From the NCBI GenBank assembly GCA_965204375.1, contig OZ241986.1:1792001-1856000 (forward strand): 64,000 bases of DNA. Reading direction: 5' to 3'. The position numbers were made by a program, and so were the translations under genes. The DNA comes from Candidatus Latescibacterota bacterium. GTDB taxonomy: Bacteria; Latescibacterota; UBA2968. Shown piece by piece: positions 1 to 10,944 of the stretch; within the stretch, counting starts at the first letter, position 1, and every line of letters starts with the position of its first letter. Under the pieces are notes generated by a model. That model saw nothing but the letters and a program-made list of their open reading frames with translations. It was not told where the DNA came from and ran no database searches.

Positions 1-517
1 AGGAAAAATTTGGTGCTGGATCGACAAGGTCGCTTCTGTCCTTTAGATAACGGCGTTTTTGCTCCTCGGTTGGACGGAACATCGCCATTGACCACACGCA
101 CCTGTTTCTCTTTCTTCGCCTGGGTCGCGGGGTGATCCAACTCGAATATCCGCACGCTATCTGCGAGTTCCTTGTGGCGCGTGGAAAACGTATCGAGACC
201 GGCGCCGAGGATCACATACTGTCCGACGCCTTCCGATATCGCCTCCATGAGACGGTCTTCGGCATATCTGGCCCGCAGGAGCACCTCGGTGTGTACGGGA
301 CGGAACAAATGGAACACCTTGTGAACAACGAACCAGCCAAGCAGCCTGTTCTTAGCGATCACACGCCAGATAAACGGCACCATGTCAACCGCATAATCGT
401 CGGCAAAAACCGGGATTTACTCTGCTGTTGATGATACGCGCGTATGCTTGCTGCGAGTGCCGCCGTCTTGCTCGTCCTGTGCTTATGTGCAGATATTCCA
501 GATTGGAGTGAAGACAT
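1..517 (-). pseudogene. Class I SAM-dependent methyltransferase (LCM/TIGR00027-like), frameshifted and probably 3'-truncated
   Basis: ATG at 517 with GGAG RBS reads SKTAALAASIRAYH. After a frameshift near 410 the other frame reads VFADDYA...LLRARYAEDRL...QYVILGAGLDT...IFELDHPATQAKK, the typical family motifs. Similarity appears lost after 'VPSN' (~70). Not in the ORF track. Confidence 0.75.
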
Positions 518-552
518 GAAAATGGACTCCTTTTTTCGCCATCAGCCCTAAC

Positions 553-813
553 TCACCGGCGGCGGTACACTTCCCTCCGATGCCCAACTCGCACCACGAG
601 GACGATGAGCGCGCTATGGATCACCTCATATACAATGCGATAATTACCAACGCGCACACGTCGCAGGCCTTGGTACTCTCCTTTCAGAATGCGCCCTGTG
701 AGCGGATGCTCGCCTAAACGATCAATTGCACGCACGATGCGAATCCTATCGCAGTGCGGAATACGAGCCAATTCTTTGGTCGCACTCTGTTTAATCCGAA
801 CCGAGTAACTCAT
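553..813 (-). CDS. Type II toxin, RelE/ParE family
   Basis: 86 aa, basic; YSVRIKQSATKEL...LKGEYQGLRRVRVGNYRIVYEV...VVRVGHRREVY. Confidence 0.92.
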   Translation of the reverse strand: MSYSVRIKQSATKELARIPHCDRIRIVRAIDRLGEHPLTGRILKGEYQGLRRVRVGNYRIVYEVIHSALIVLVVRVGHRREVYRRR

Positions 814-1012
814 CCCTGACCTGTTTCCACTCCAGTATCGGATCGGCAGGATCGCGTAGCCTTTCCATGGCTACAGTGAGGTCTTCAAAGTCCTCTAAAT
901 ATCGTTCCAAAGCGTGGCGGATGATATCGGCGCGACTCTGCTTGAGTTCTGTGGCTGCTGCATCCAGTGCATCAACGAGCGCGTCGGGTACTCGTGCAGT
1001 AATTTGGCTCAT
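791..1012 (-). CDS. Type II antitoxin, ribbon-helix-helix (CopG/RelB-like)
   Basis: MSQITARVPDALVDALD...SRADIIRHALERYLED with an acidic tail; overlaps the toxin start. ATG at 1012 preferred over the upstream GTG. Confidence 0.88.
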   Translation of the reverse strand: MSQITARVPDALVDALDAAATELKQSRADIIRHALERYLEDFEDLTVAMERLRDPADPILEWKQVRDELLGSD

Positions 1013-1315
1013 ATATGCCCCTTTGAAATAATTGTATAAGATCGAAACGTTCCACAACCTTAGACGACACTACAATCGCATCTACCGCGACGCACACGCC
1101 GTACAACTTTTCGTAAATACGTGCCCTGATATCCGCCTCTCCGCCTCTTTGACGATAAGCAGATCGCCGTCACTGTTTCACGTCATTGTACCTCGCACGG
1201 CGGATCCGATTTTGGTCAAGTCTCTGTTTCTCTAGGACGTTTCCCACCTTATCAAACCAACATTGCCCATTTGTTCTGAGTGACTTACAATATATCCAAA
1301 AACTCCTTAACTACA

Positions 1316-4300
1316 TTAATAGGCGATTGCCATGAGCGTGTATAGCACCTCCTCCAATGGTGCGTCGTGCGATATGTCCTGTTCCTTGACTTTCTCGTAC
1401 TCGCTATCTGCATGTGTCACCGTCTTTATTATCGTCCATCCGTCGCTCGCTTCCAAGCTGTCCATGATCCACTGTGCCCATTCCTTAGGCATCCCGGCAT
1501 TCGGCTGCCAGATTACTTGATGCGGTATGGTCTCATTCAGGATCCATTGCACCGCTGCCACCGGTGTTTCTTTTCCCGTCATTCCAATCGGATCGTCCAT
1601 TACTTCTTGCACCAGAGCTTCGATTTTCTGCTGAAGAAATGTCAGATACTGATCTCTACTTTTGATCGTTATTTCTTCAGGCACCAATACCATTAGACAC
1701 TCATTTTCTCCCAGATCTCCTTTCGGTTGCCACCATACCTTTCCCCGCGTATCGAACTTCATACTGTCAGGTACTTCTTGGCGATTCTCTGCCTGCGTCG
1801 GTGGTATAGGAGAAAATTTAATCTCGCGCTCGCGATATGCCGGAGGGAAATCATTTAGGGAATCTTGCAAACTCTTCAGTTCCTTTTTTATTTTTTTGTC
1901 AATTTTGTCGGTGTCAGAGATAGGACTTTCGCCGAATTCGGCCTCCTCTCGCTGCACAAATTTAAGCTCTCCTTGTTCGCCAGCAGATTTCTTCTTTCTC
2001 TCCGCGCCTTCTGGGATATTAGTTGATAGCAAAGCCCCACCACGGTCCTGATTGTTGCCCTTTGCTTTGCTGCCATCTGTTTCACCGTCATCGTTCTCAC
2101 TCTCTCCAAGCTCAGCCCTTTGACGGTCCGCCGTTGCAGTGGGGAAAATTCCCCTTTCTTCTAACATGGGCCACAGCTTCTCCAGCGCGACCTCCCTATT
2201 TGCATAAAAGGCCGATTCTCGAACTCGAAAGAACTCCCAACCGCAACGCTCCAGTTGCCGCTGCCTCTCCATGTCCTTATCGTACTGATCTGGACCGTGC
2301 CATGTATCACCATCGCATTCGACCGCCAATCGCGCTTGACCGCCTTCAATGACAAGGTCAATTCTCCTGTCAGCAAACTCAACTTGAGGTTGAACGTTAT
2401 ACCCTTTTCGTACGAGTTCCAGCGCAACATCAACCTCGAACCAGCTATCGAAGGGATCGGGTGGGTTAATGACCTCTCGATTGTCCTGTGCGGCCCGACG
2501 TTCAAGTTCCTCTGCGGTTTGATCTATGCCAGCAATCTTTTGCGGTTTCGGATTCTCAAAGAACTCGAGCAATTTTCGACGTAGATCGGATTCGCTCAGG
2601 TCCTTGACGGTTACAGAATGAAAAAGAAACATCTGATCCCGGGCACGGCTTGCCGCGACGTTGAACCGCCGCTCATCTGCCGATCTCGTGAGCGATCCAA
2701 TCCTACCATCAGGTGCCGTGACCATAGACAGGAACATGACGTCACGCTCATCGCCCTGGAAACTATATGAGTTTCCGCAAATGAGACGCCGCCGCGCCAT
2801 CTCTTCTGCGCCCAGTCGTTCAAGTAATTTTCCCTCAATCAACCCTGCCTGTGCTTCACCCTGGAGAACAACAACGCCCATAGTTTTTCCGAAATATCGC
2901 TTGTCATCACATAACTCCAATATCTTCTCGACAATAGCATTCGCCTCCGGTCTATTCACTATCCTATTCCCAGAACCTTCGCGATATCCGTCTTCGATGA
3001 AAACATGCTCCAGCGGAGGCAAACGATCAGGCCCGTATTGCCTTAGCGGAATTAGCGTACCGAAATAACAGAGATCGTTGCTAAAACGGATAATCTCTGG
3101 CATGCAGCGAAAGTGCTCGCGCAAAGTGATATGTCCTTCATCATATAACCGCTTTCCATAGTCGAACAAGCTGCTCTGAACTGCAAAAGAGTCCTTAAAT
3201 TCAAAATCATATAATAAGTCGTTCATAAGGCGATGTACAGCATCAAGAGGCAAGCCAACAGCCTCGGGACTGATCTGCTTGTCGTCTCCTACAACGAGTA
3301 CTTTTTTTCCCAGATAAAAGAGCGGCAACGCCTCTGGTCCGCATTGCGATGCTTCGTCAATAATAACGACATCGAATATACCGGGAGCAGGATCTACCGT
3401 ATCCCAGACGCGATGTAGCGGCATGACCCATGCAGGGACTGCCTCACGGCATTCGTTCAGGTGCTGCTGTGCATCTCGTCGGTGCTTTGGAGCGTGCCTC
3501 CCGGTTCCTTTCCCAAGACGACCCATTGCTTGCTGCCAAGCGACCATGTGGCTGCGATGGCTACTTTCGATCCGAGATAAGCAAAACGACCAGGCATGGA
3601 GTTCTGCAAGTTGTGCAATGGCTTTGTTAATTTCATCCTCAATCTGGCGCGAACGTGCAGCAAGACTTGGGGCATCCTCCTTCTTTATATATTCATCGAT
3701 CCAGAACCTTGCTTGCGCCCAATGCCAAGCATCTCTTATCTGTTGAACGCGCTCGTCCCAACAAGACTCATTGTAGCTTTGCTCCAATCCCGCGATGAGA
3801 TTCGGCACGAATTGGCGTAGATTCTCAATATCTGCATCCAACTTTTGCATCCTCAGACATTCATCCTTCAGGCTTTGTATCTCGTTCTTGACCTGTTTGT
3901 ACACTTCGATATCTCGATTGCGAATCGCCTGAAGCAAGTCGCTTACGACGAAATGGGCATCCGTCCTCCCGGCAAGAGACCCTATTGGTTCTTCAATCTT
4001 CAAAATCTCCCTTTCAGCCAATTGCTTGAGCGTGCCCCTGCAAGAGGCAATCAATTGATCAATCTGAGCGTCGTCATTCCAATCAGGTGTTTGGAGAGCG
4101 GGGCACTGTCCCAGAGACTCGTTGCAATCATCGCGTCGTTTTCCAAGTGACAGAGCACGCTCAAGAGCACTGCACATATCCTTGAGAGCCTGAAATTGTA
4201 GGGTATCAGGTCCCTGGATTTGTTCCTCATATCCCTTCCAGACCGCCCAGGCTTTTTTAAGCTCACTACGCACGGGAAAAGAGCATATCAATTTACTCAA

Positions 4301-4821
4301 AAAATTGATTTTCGTTTCACGAACTATGGAAAGGCGTGGCTCTATGGCGTCTATTGCCGCTTGCGTCACACGATGACGTTCACGCCACAGCGATTCATTG
4401 CCGCTTGCGACATCGCGCAAGGCGTTGTCTATCCACGAATATGTCGATGTTGATAGCTGACGACGCAAATCGCTAAAAGCGGTAAGAGAATCTTGTATCG
4501 TCCTTATGGTATTAGCAGCAATACGCGACAGAGCATCTACATCTTGTTCGTCGCCTTCATTGGACGATAGTTCGTATTCGCGGTGCGCCCGTCGCTCTGA
4601 ATCGACAAGCTCGGCAAACTGCTCAGCAGACAAGAGTTCGTCAGGCCGTAAACGGCTCAATTCTTGCCGTTTCTCCGGACTGAAATGACGCAACCGGCTC
4701 AGCATATCTCGCAATTCATCTGCTGTAATCGGACAAGTCTTGTATACAGGAACAGTGTCGGTGAACCAGTCATAGTTGCTACGATTCCGATTGACTGACT
4801 TAGCTATTTGTGCTGCAGTAC
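1316..4821 (-). pseudogene. 3' part of an IS-interrupted SF1 (Upf1/DNA2-like) helicase with a C-terminal Vsr/DUF559-like restriction-fold nuclease
   Basis: Motifs FDVVIIDEASQ, VVGDDKQISP, LREHFRC, SFQGDERD, RFNVAASRARD; then FDSWFEVDV...RIDLVI...AVECDGDTWH...DMERQRQLERCGWEFFRVRES. Confidence 0.88.
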
Positions 4822-4866
4822 TGTAATGGTTCAAAGTAAAGTGGAATTTTGCGTGTTATAGTTAAG

Positions 4867-5860
4867 CTACAAATAGGCAACGGGTTTGACGGCTCTGAGT
4901 TGGGCACGCAGGCATTTTGCCTGCGCCAACTTGCGTTTTCGTTCTTTAACAATAATCGGTGCTCGACCACACAATTTATCAACAGGTGCGATATACCCAA
5001 TCCCGGCGTGGTATCTCCTGTGGTTGTAATGCGCGACAAATCTGGCAACGACCTCTCGCGCCTCCTCCAAATTCGTCGGTGTTTTGGGACGAATGCACTC
5101 GCGCTTGAGCGACTGGTGCCACCGCTCGATCTTGCCATTGGATTGCGGATAAAACGGCGAGGTTCGCACATGGGTCATCCCGCAGTGTCTAATAAAGGAC
5201 TTGAAGGCGTGCGCGATAAACTGCGGGCCGTTATCCGAGATGATACGCGGTGTAGCCTTCGGGAACTTTTCTCTACCTCTTTGAATAATGATCTCGACAT
5301 CTGCTTCTCGCATCGCTTCTCGGATCTCAAAATGGACGAGGTATCGACTATAGCCATCTAAAAGGGCACATAAGTAGTAGAAGGTCCCGCAGATATTCAG
5401 ATAGGATACATCCACATGCCAATGCTGGTGTGCGCCTGTTGGCTGGTCAAATCCTGTCCCCTTCTTTGAGACCTCTTTTAAAGTTCGACCAAGCAAATCG
5501 GCCCTTTTGAGCACGCGATACACGCTGCTGGGCGAAACGGCGACCACATCTTCATCTATCATCTGATACGAAAGACGACGATACCCCAAGTCGGGATGCG
5601 ATAAGGCATAAGTGATAATGGCTTGCTTCTCCCAGTCTAAGAGCCAGGATGTCTTGGGCAGTGATGCATAAGAGACATTGGGCACACCATACCGGGCTTT
5701 CCAGTCATAGTATGTGCTTTTGGATAACTCTAATAAGGATAAAAACTGACCGATGCAGATACCAGTTTGCTTGTGCCAATGGACGACAAAATCAATCACC
5801 GCATCGCGAATGGCACGCGATACCTTGCGCGGACTCAGGTCTCCCCAAGACTTTTTTTTA
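4867..5860 (-). CDS. IS3 transposase OrfB (DDE/rve integrase core), probably expressed as OrfAB by -1 frameshift
   Basis: WHVDVSY, IISDNGPQF, PQSNGKIERWHQSLKRE, YNHRRYHAGIGY. The 5' boundary is set at the frameshift site. Confidence 0.93.
5824..5859 (-). other. Programmed -1 ribosomal frameshift signal
   Basis: Minus strand AAAAAAAAG (A AAA AAG) followed by the hairpin-forming CTTGGGGAGACCTGAGTCCGCGCAAG at the orfA/orfB overlap. Confidence 0.8.
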
Positions 5861-6143
5861 GAAAAATGTGCTCTTCCATCAGTTCTGACAACACTTCGTT
5901 CTTTGTGGTCAATTTGGCCTGTAGGACCGCAATCTTTTTGGCTTGCTGTTTCTCGTGCACACTCTGCTTTGGCGCAAAGGCTGAGGCACCTTGCTCGAAA
6001 AACACCTTCTGCCACTTGTAGAACATCGTCGGGTGAATCCCATGGGCATCGCACAAATCTGACACGGGTACGCCATCTAACAGATGACGACGCAAAATCG
6101 ACACCTTCTCCTCAGGGGTATATTGCTTACGCTTCTTCGACAT
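5835..6143 (-). CDS. IS3 transposase OrfA (HTH)
   Basis: MSKKRKQYTPEEKVSILRRHL...VSDLCDAHGIHPTMFYKWQK; GGAG RBS upstream. Confidence 0.93.
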   Translation of the reverse strand: MSKKRKQYTPEEKVSILRRHLLDGVPVSDLCDAHGIHPTMFYKWQKVFFEQGASAFAPKQSVHEKQQAKKIAVLQAKLTTKNEVLSELMEEHIFLKKSLGET

Positions 6144-6220
6144 GGACTCCTCCTTTGTCTGAGCCCAATTTATAGCTTATCAAAGATCCGCAAAAGTCCA
6201 GTTTTATCTGAAGCATAACA

Positions 6221-7812
6221 GTACCTCGATATGTCCCTTCTGCAACGGATTGAGAATGCGTTTCGGATTCTCTGATGTCGCGTAGGCGTCTATCTACTTT
6301 GGCTTTCTCTTTTCGCAGCTCTTGTAGCTTGTTTGCGAGCGTCTTAATCTCGCTTTCTGCCTGGTCTTCGTTCCAATCTTCGTTCTTGCGAAGAATTTCG
6401 CCGACGCTCGATTCGAGAGATTTTCCTTCTTCCGGTCCCGAACCAAGCAGATTGATGTATAGCGGATGTAATTCTTCCGGCACCTGTCTATCAAGAACCT
6501 GGAGCGCACGCGGTGTCTTGGCGGTGATAAGCGTTCTCTGCCCTGTCGCGAGTAAGTGGCAGATGAGATTCGCAATCGTGTGGGATTTCCCTGTGCCCGG
6601 AGGCCCTTGTACAAGAACACCACTGGCAGTCCGTATCTTATCTACGATGCGGCGTTGTTCTTCATTCCAGAGTTTTGGAAAAAACAGTTCACCATCGAAT
6701 TTGCTATTCGTTTCGCCGGGGTCAGGCTCTGAAGTATCATCACTGTTCATCTGAATCTCGGCAAGGGCCTTGAATTGAGAGGGTATATCCTCCCCGTCCT
6801 CTATTTTTGCCTTAATCCGCTTCAAAGTCTCGGTAAGACCGCTTGCGGATCGCTTTCTCAGAATAAGGGCCGGTGCATATTCAACGACTGGTTTGGCCGA
6901 TGGCGGATTATTTGTCGCTTGTAGCGTGCTGTCGTATTCGCCTTGAGAACTGATTGAGTGAACGAGAGCCTGGAGGATACCTTCGACGCAGTCTTTGTTC
7001 CATGGATCATCGTCCCCGGCCTCAGATAGCGAAGCCTTTGCGGTTTCTTCTGCGCGTTCGGGTTGTTCCTCAATGTCCAACATGTCGAGTTCAGGACGAA
7101 CATTTGCGCCATCTTGCAGGGGCCGCACAGTGAACTTGCCCAATTTCGCTTCAAATTCAAGGATAGCATTTGCGACAATCAGGTGACGACGGACTCGCTG
7201 GCCGTTCGGCGTTTGCCAGATCAGCAGACCAATCGCAAGGACAAGTTCGTATTCTTCACTAAGCCGCAGTTGCTCCTGATGGATAGCAAAGAGCGTTGTA
7301 TAAACGCGATTTATGCTTTTCCAGTCGTTATGTACTTCCATCCAGGGGAGCCAATATTCTTCGACGTATTTATCCCAAGCCTCCTGAATATCAAAATGAT
7401 CTTCAAGAAGTTCAGTATGAGGAATAAATTCAGGTTGATCTGTCCCCTCTTGCCAATCAGGATTTTCTACTTGCCTCGTTATTTCAGTCAGAAGATCGGG
7501 AATATCGTTTTTGTTTCGAAGGGACTCATCTTCAACCCAGTCTTCGCAGACAGGAGGAACGCCAGGCAAAGGTGGTTCCTTCTGATTCTGGATTTCTATC
7601 CACACATCCGAATCGAAATCTTCTTCACGTCCCCATGCCTGTGTGAAACACCCTTTAAGCTTTGGAATATCCTTTAACCAAAGCACATTTTGATACTCGT
7701 CAACGTCCCTTGTGGTCCTGGTATGTAGCGATGCAATCTGGGTCAGATACTCGACAAGGCGACTAACTTTGTCTTTCTGTCCATCTTTCAAGGGAATCCT
7801 CCCGGAATACAT
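6221..7812 (-). pseudogene. 5' part of the IS-interrupted helicase-nuclease
   Basis: Walker A region NEEQRRIV...VLVQGPPGTGKSHTIANLICHLLATGQRTLITA. Joins in frame (YRGT|AAQIA) with the 3' part once the IS is removed. Confidence 0.88.
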
Positions 7813-8783
7813 CAATCCTTCCAAACCATCACCACGGCCATTGCTTCATCAAGGCGCGTGTACAACAAATCAAATGCCTCTGCGGCATCTTCACAGTTAA
7901 AACGGTGGGTCACCATTGTCCGGGTCTGGATCTTATCTTCCATCAACAATTGGATCGCCGTATCCGACCCCTGTGGCCGGTACGCGCTATCCAGATATCC
8001 CCCAATCAGGCGTTTGCCCTGAATTTTTGACGAATCCAGAGGCAACGGCTCGCCCTCATACAATCCCACAACCTGCAATAATCCACCCCCCCGCACCATA
8101 TCTTGCGCCTGTGAAAACGCCTGTGCGCCCGCACGTCCGCCCACCGCTTCAACCACAACATCTGCGCCCCGGCCATCGGTAAGCTCTTTCACCGCTGCAA
8201 TCGGATCGGTCTCGCCCGCATTCACCACATCATTCGCACCCAACTGTTCGGCCAAATCACAACGCAAGGACAATGCATCGACCGCGATCACACGGCAATC
8301 GTGCAAATGCCGCGCAACCTGCATGCAGCAACTCCCCACCAGACCTTGCCCCAAAATTGCCATAGTATCGTTTGGACCAGCCCCAGTTTCCCGCATCCAT
8401 AGCACCGAACTCGTAGTCAGAGGCCAAAAAGTCGCCGCTTCGGATGTAACCGCATCGGGCAGCGAAACCACTGCTGGTTTATGGCGCGAATTGACGACCT
8501 CAACAGCCACGTACTCGGCATGTGGTGCCAGAGCCGCCACCCGTTCCCCCATCGAAAAATCCTCGACCTGCGCCCCCACCTGCACAATCGTACCAGCGAG
8601 CGAATACCCCATAATCTGGTGATCAACCGCTTCTTCTCGCACATACCGCCGCCAGATCTCAGACCCCCTGCTAATCAGCGTGCGTTCCGTTCTGATGAGC
8701 ACCTCTGTCTGCCGAATTTCCGGCAAAGGCACCTCTTCAATCTCGACATGGTACGCGCCTTCGGGTTTAATCACGCGCTTCAT
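7812..8783 (-). CDS. Medium-chain (Zn-binding-type) dehydrogenase
   Basis: ISRGSE, GYSLAG and ILGQGLVG Rossmann motif. ATG at 8783 follows a GGGAGG RBS; the longer ORF start lies in repeats. Confidence 0.88.
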   Translation of the reverse strand: MKRVIKPEGAYHVEIEEVPLPEIRQTEVLIRTERTLISRGSEIWRRYVREEAVDHQIMGYSLAGTIVQVGAQVEDFSMGERVAALAPHAEYVAVEVVNSRHKPAVVSLPDAVTSEAATFWPLTTSSVLWMRETGAGPNDTMAILGQGLVGSCCMQVARHLHDCRVIAVDALSLRCDLAEQLGANDVVNAGETDPIAAVKELTDGRGADVVVEAVGGRAGAQAFSQAQDMVRGGGLLQVVGLYEGEPLPLDSSKIQGKRLIGGYLDSAYRPQGSDTAIQLLMEDKIQTRTMVTHRFNCEDAAEAFDLLYTRLDEAMAVVMVWKD

Positions 8784-8795
8784 GGAACACCTCCC

Positions 8796-8991
8796 GTAAG
8801 AAGTAAGAAGTGAGAAGCAAGAAGTGAGAAGTCCACCCAACACCGCCCAAAAGGCGGTAAAGCGGAAGAGCCAAGAGGTGGAAATCCATCTTACACTCTC
8901 ACATCTTGTATCTTTCATCTATGTTCAGGCTCAAATTATTCGCTGTCCTCTTGTTTTTCACACTTCATACTTCATCCTTCACACTTCCCAT
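8796..8991. repeat. Heptamer-armed intergenic element, copy 1
   Basis: (GTRAGAA)-type heptamers x5, then GTCCACCCAACACC, an internal CATCTTN tract and (TTCAYAC)-type heptamers x5. 24 bp are identical to the reverse complement of 30154-30177. Confidence 0.85.
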
Positions 8992-10890
8992 CACCCAATC
9001 GTACATCTCCCCAGCACGTTCGACAGCGCGATCTACATCTTCGCGCAACATCAACCGCTCCCCCACCAATTTCCGAGCGGCTTGCGCCACACAGTCCAAA
9101 TACGCTTCGCGGCTGCCATAGCGTTGAGCAATCGATAGTCGCGAATCGCCCTCGCGCTCATCCTCATCGCGCGCAAATGGTACCCACATCCCATCGAGGC
9201 CAACGAGCGCATCTGTCGCGCCGCGTTGTCGATAACGCCAGCCCGTAAACGTACCCAGAGGCGCGACCACCTCTGGCATGCGAATACCCGCGACCTCATT
9301 GCCATCTCGATCGACCTGGGGCACGCGCACCCCCAAAGGACGCCCCTTTTCAGGCGGCTCGATATCGATAATACCTGCATCCCATCTGTTCCCCCAGTTC
9401 AATCGCAGGGGGCGCCGCATGCGCCTGGGACTTCGCAAATCTGGAATAGTGGGAAATTTCAAATCATCCGCATCCACCAGAGAACCATCCGCAATGCGGC
9501 CATACCTGCTCTCAGGAGGAGCAACGCCCTCGCACACCCATCGATCTAACGCAACGAGAAGGGCGCGTTCTGCATAGCGAAAATTCACGGGATTTGGGGG
9601 CACTGCTCGCCCCGGTTTTGTGGGCACATCACCCGGACCATGTTTTGTACTTGCAAAATGATAAACGCGAACCGAAGGATGAATCTCGACATCCTCTTGC
9701 CCGCGTACATCTGTGTGAATCAAAGACGCGGCGCGATTCCAGTATTCGGTTGAGGTATTGGTATAAAAAATGTGAGGTGTCACCCCCGCAGCCTCACAGC
9801 GATCCAACAAACCGCCCGCTTCCCGCGTTTCCGTATCTATCTGCGACAAATCCGTAAATGGAAACTGCTCCGTGGGATACAACGCATCAAAATGTGCGCT
9901 GGCATGCCGCGAAGGCTGAGCAAACCGATGGTTAAATGACCCCCGTGCGCCGCCTGCAACATTGGCAAATATCCCATCGAAAACCTTTCGGCCAGCCTCA
10001 TCTCCATTAAAGCCCTCATACAACATGTGCCGCAAAAAACGCCCACTTTGCGACGACCCAAAAGCATACGCCCGCTCAATCGCACTGCCCAGCGGATTGC
10101 CATCCCTTTCGTACTTCAAAAACGATATAAAATCCCGGGTCGCGGCAAAACCCGTTCCCATCACAGTTGGATTTTTGCCTGTATAAACCAGATTGTAAAT
10201 GCGCCCCGGTTCAAATCCCTGTGGAAATCGGATCGCAGCGCGCCCATCTTCTAACCGATCAAAAGCCCATTGATTGCGCCCAATTTCCTCGGCTTCATCA
10301 TACGGATACGCCCGCACAGTGAGCACCGCATCGCCATCTTCCACGGGTTCATAGGGATCGTGATAGCGACTCCCCAGAGAATGCAAATCCGTCTCTGCAT
10401 CAACGACAATCTCACACGACACGGGACCGGTAACATCGACCACTGGCGCGTCCAATGTCATCAAATTGGTAGCGCCTTCTGCTTCAGACGGCACATCGGC
10501 CTGCCAACCACACGCGGCAATCGTATAACCCTGCCGCATCAAAAAGCCATCGCCAAAATTTGCGGCAGTCTCTGGCATATTCGACCCAGTTGCCAGATTA
10601 AACATGGGCAAAATATTTTTGCGCCCGCGATTGACCACATTGTAAAACACAGTACTGTTGCCCCGCGCGACATCAACCGGCTTGAGCAAATGCACATCGG
10701 CTCGAAAAATCACCCGCCCATTCTCATCAACGGGCGCGAGATTTAAATCGACAATCGCCTCGTTTTGTTTGTGATTGGGATCAAGCGCGAACCACGCACT
10801 GCCACATAGCGCTTCATAAGCCCCCACAGCGCCGTATAACTTGCCATCGAGCACAGTTTCCCGAGAAGTAATTTCCAATTGCGTGAGCAT
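8965..10890 (-). CDS. Alpha/beta hydrolase domain protein (Abhydrolase_10, tannase-like)
   Basis: YNVVNRG, CGWQAD, AFGSSQSGRFLR nucleophile elbow, TSTEYW, VDRDGNEVAGIRMP. Confidence 0.85.
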   Translation of the reverse strand: MLTQLEITSRETVLDGKLYGAVGAYEALCGSAWFALDPNHKQNEAIVDLNLAPVDENGRVIFRADVHLLKPVDVARGNSTVFYNVVNRGRKNILPMFNLATGSNMPETAANFGDGFLMRQGYTIAACGWQADVPSEAEGATNLMTLDAPVVDVTGPVSCEIVVDAETDLHSLGSRYHDPYEPVEDGDAVLTVRAYPYDEAEEIGRNQWAFDRLEDGRAAIRFPQGFEPGRIYNLVYTGKNPTVMGTGFAATRDFISFLKYERDGNPLGSAIERAYAFGSSQSGRFLRHMLYEGFNGDEAGRKVFDGIFANVAGGARGSFNHRFAQPSRHASAHFDALYPTEQFPFTDLSQIDTETREAGGLLDRCEAAGVTPHIFYTNTSTEYWNRAASLIHTDVRGQEDVEIHPSVRVYHFASTKHGPGDVPTKPGRAVPPNPVNFRYAERALLVALDRWVCEGVAPPESRYGRIADGSLVDADDLKFPTIPDLRSPRRMRRPLRLNWGNRWDAGIIDIEPPEKGRPLGVRVPQVDRDGNEVAGIRMPEVVAPLGTFTGWRYRQRGATDALVGLDGMWVPFARDEDEREGDSRLSIAQRYGSREAYLDCVAQAARKLVGERLMLREDVDRAVERAGEMYDWVMGSVKDEV

Positions 10891-10944
10891 TAATCCGCTC
10901 CAATTCTCAAAAATTCTCTACCAGTTCCGATATATCCGCACGAC

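Larger units (their letters stand above)
4822..6220 (-). mobile_element. IS3-family insertion sequence, 1399 bp, with 4-bp target duplication GTAC
   Basis: Imperfect 32-bp terminal IRs TGTAATGGTTCAAAGTAAAGTGGAATTTTGCG (from 4822) and TGTTATGCTTCAGATAAAACTGGACTTTTGCG (minus strand from 6220). GTAC at 4818-4821 and 6221-6224. OrfA/OrfB inside. Confidence 0.96.

Noticed and set aside
132-431. 99-aa plus-strand ORF
   Set aside because: Antisense shadow of the methyltransferase pseudogene.
5860-6054. N-terminal extension of IS OrfB in the ORF track
   Set aside because: It overlaps OrfA in another frame upstream of the slippery site; OrfAB frameshifting explains it.
8784-8918. 45-aa N-terminal extension of the dehydrogenase
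   Set aside because: It is read-through of the heptamer element; a strong RBS precedes ATG 8783.
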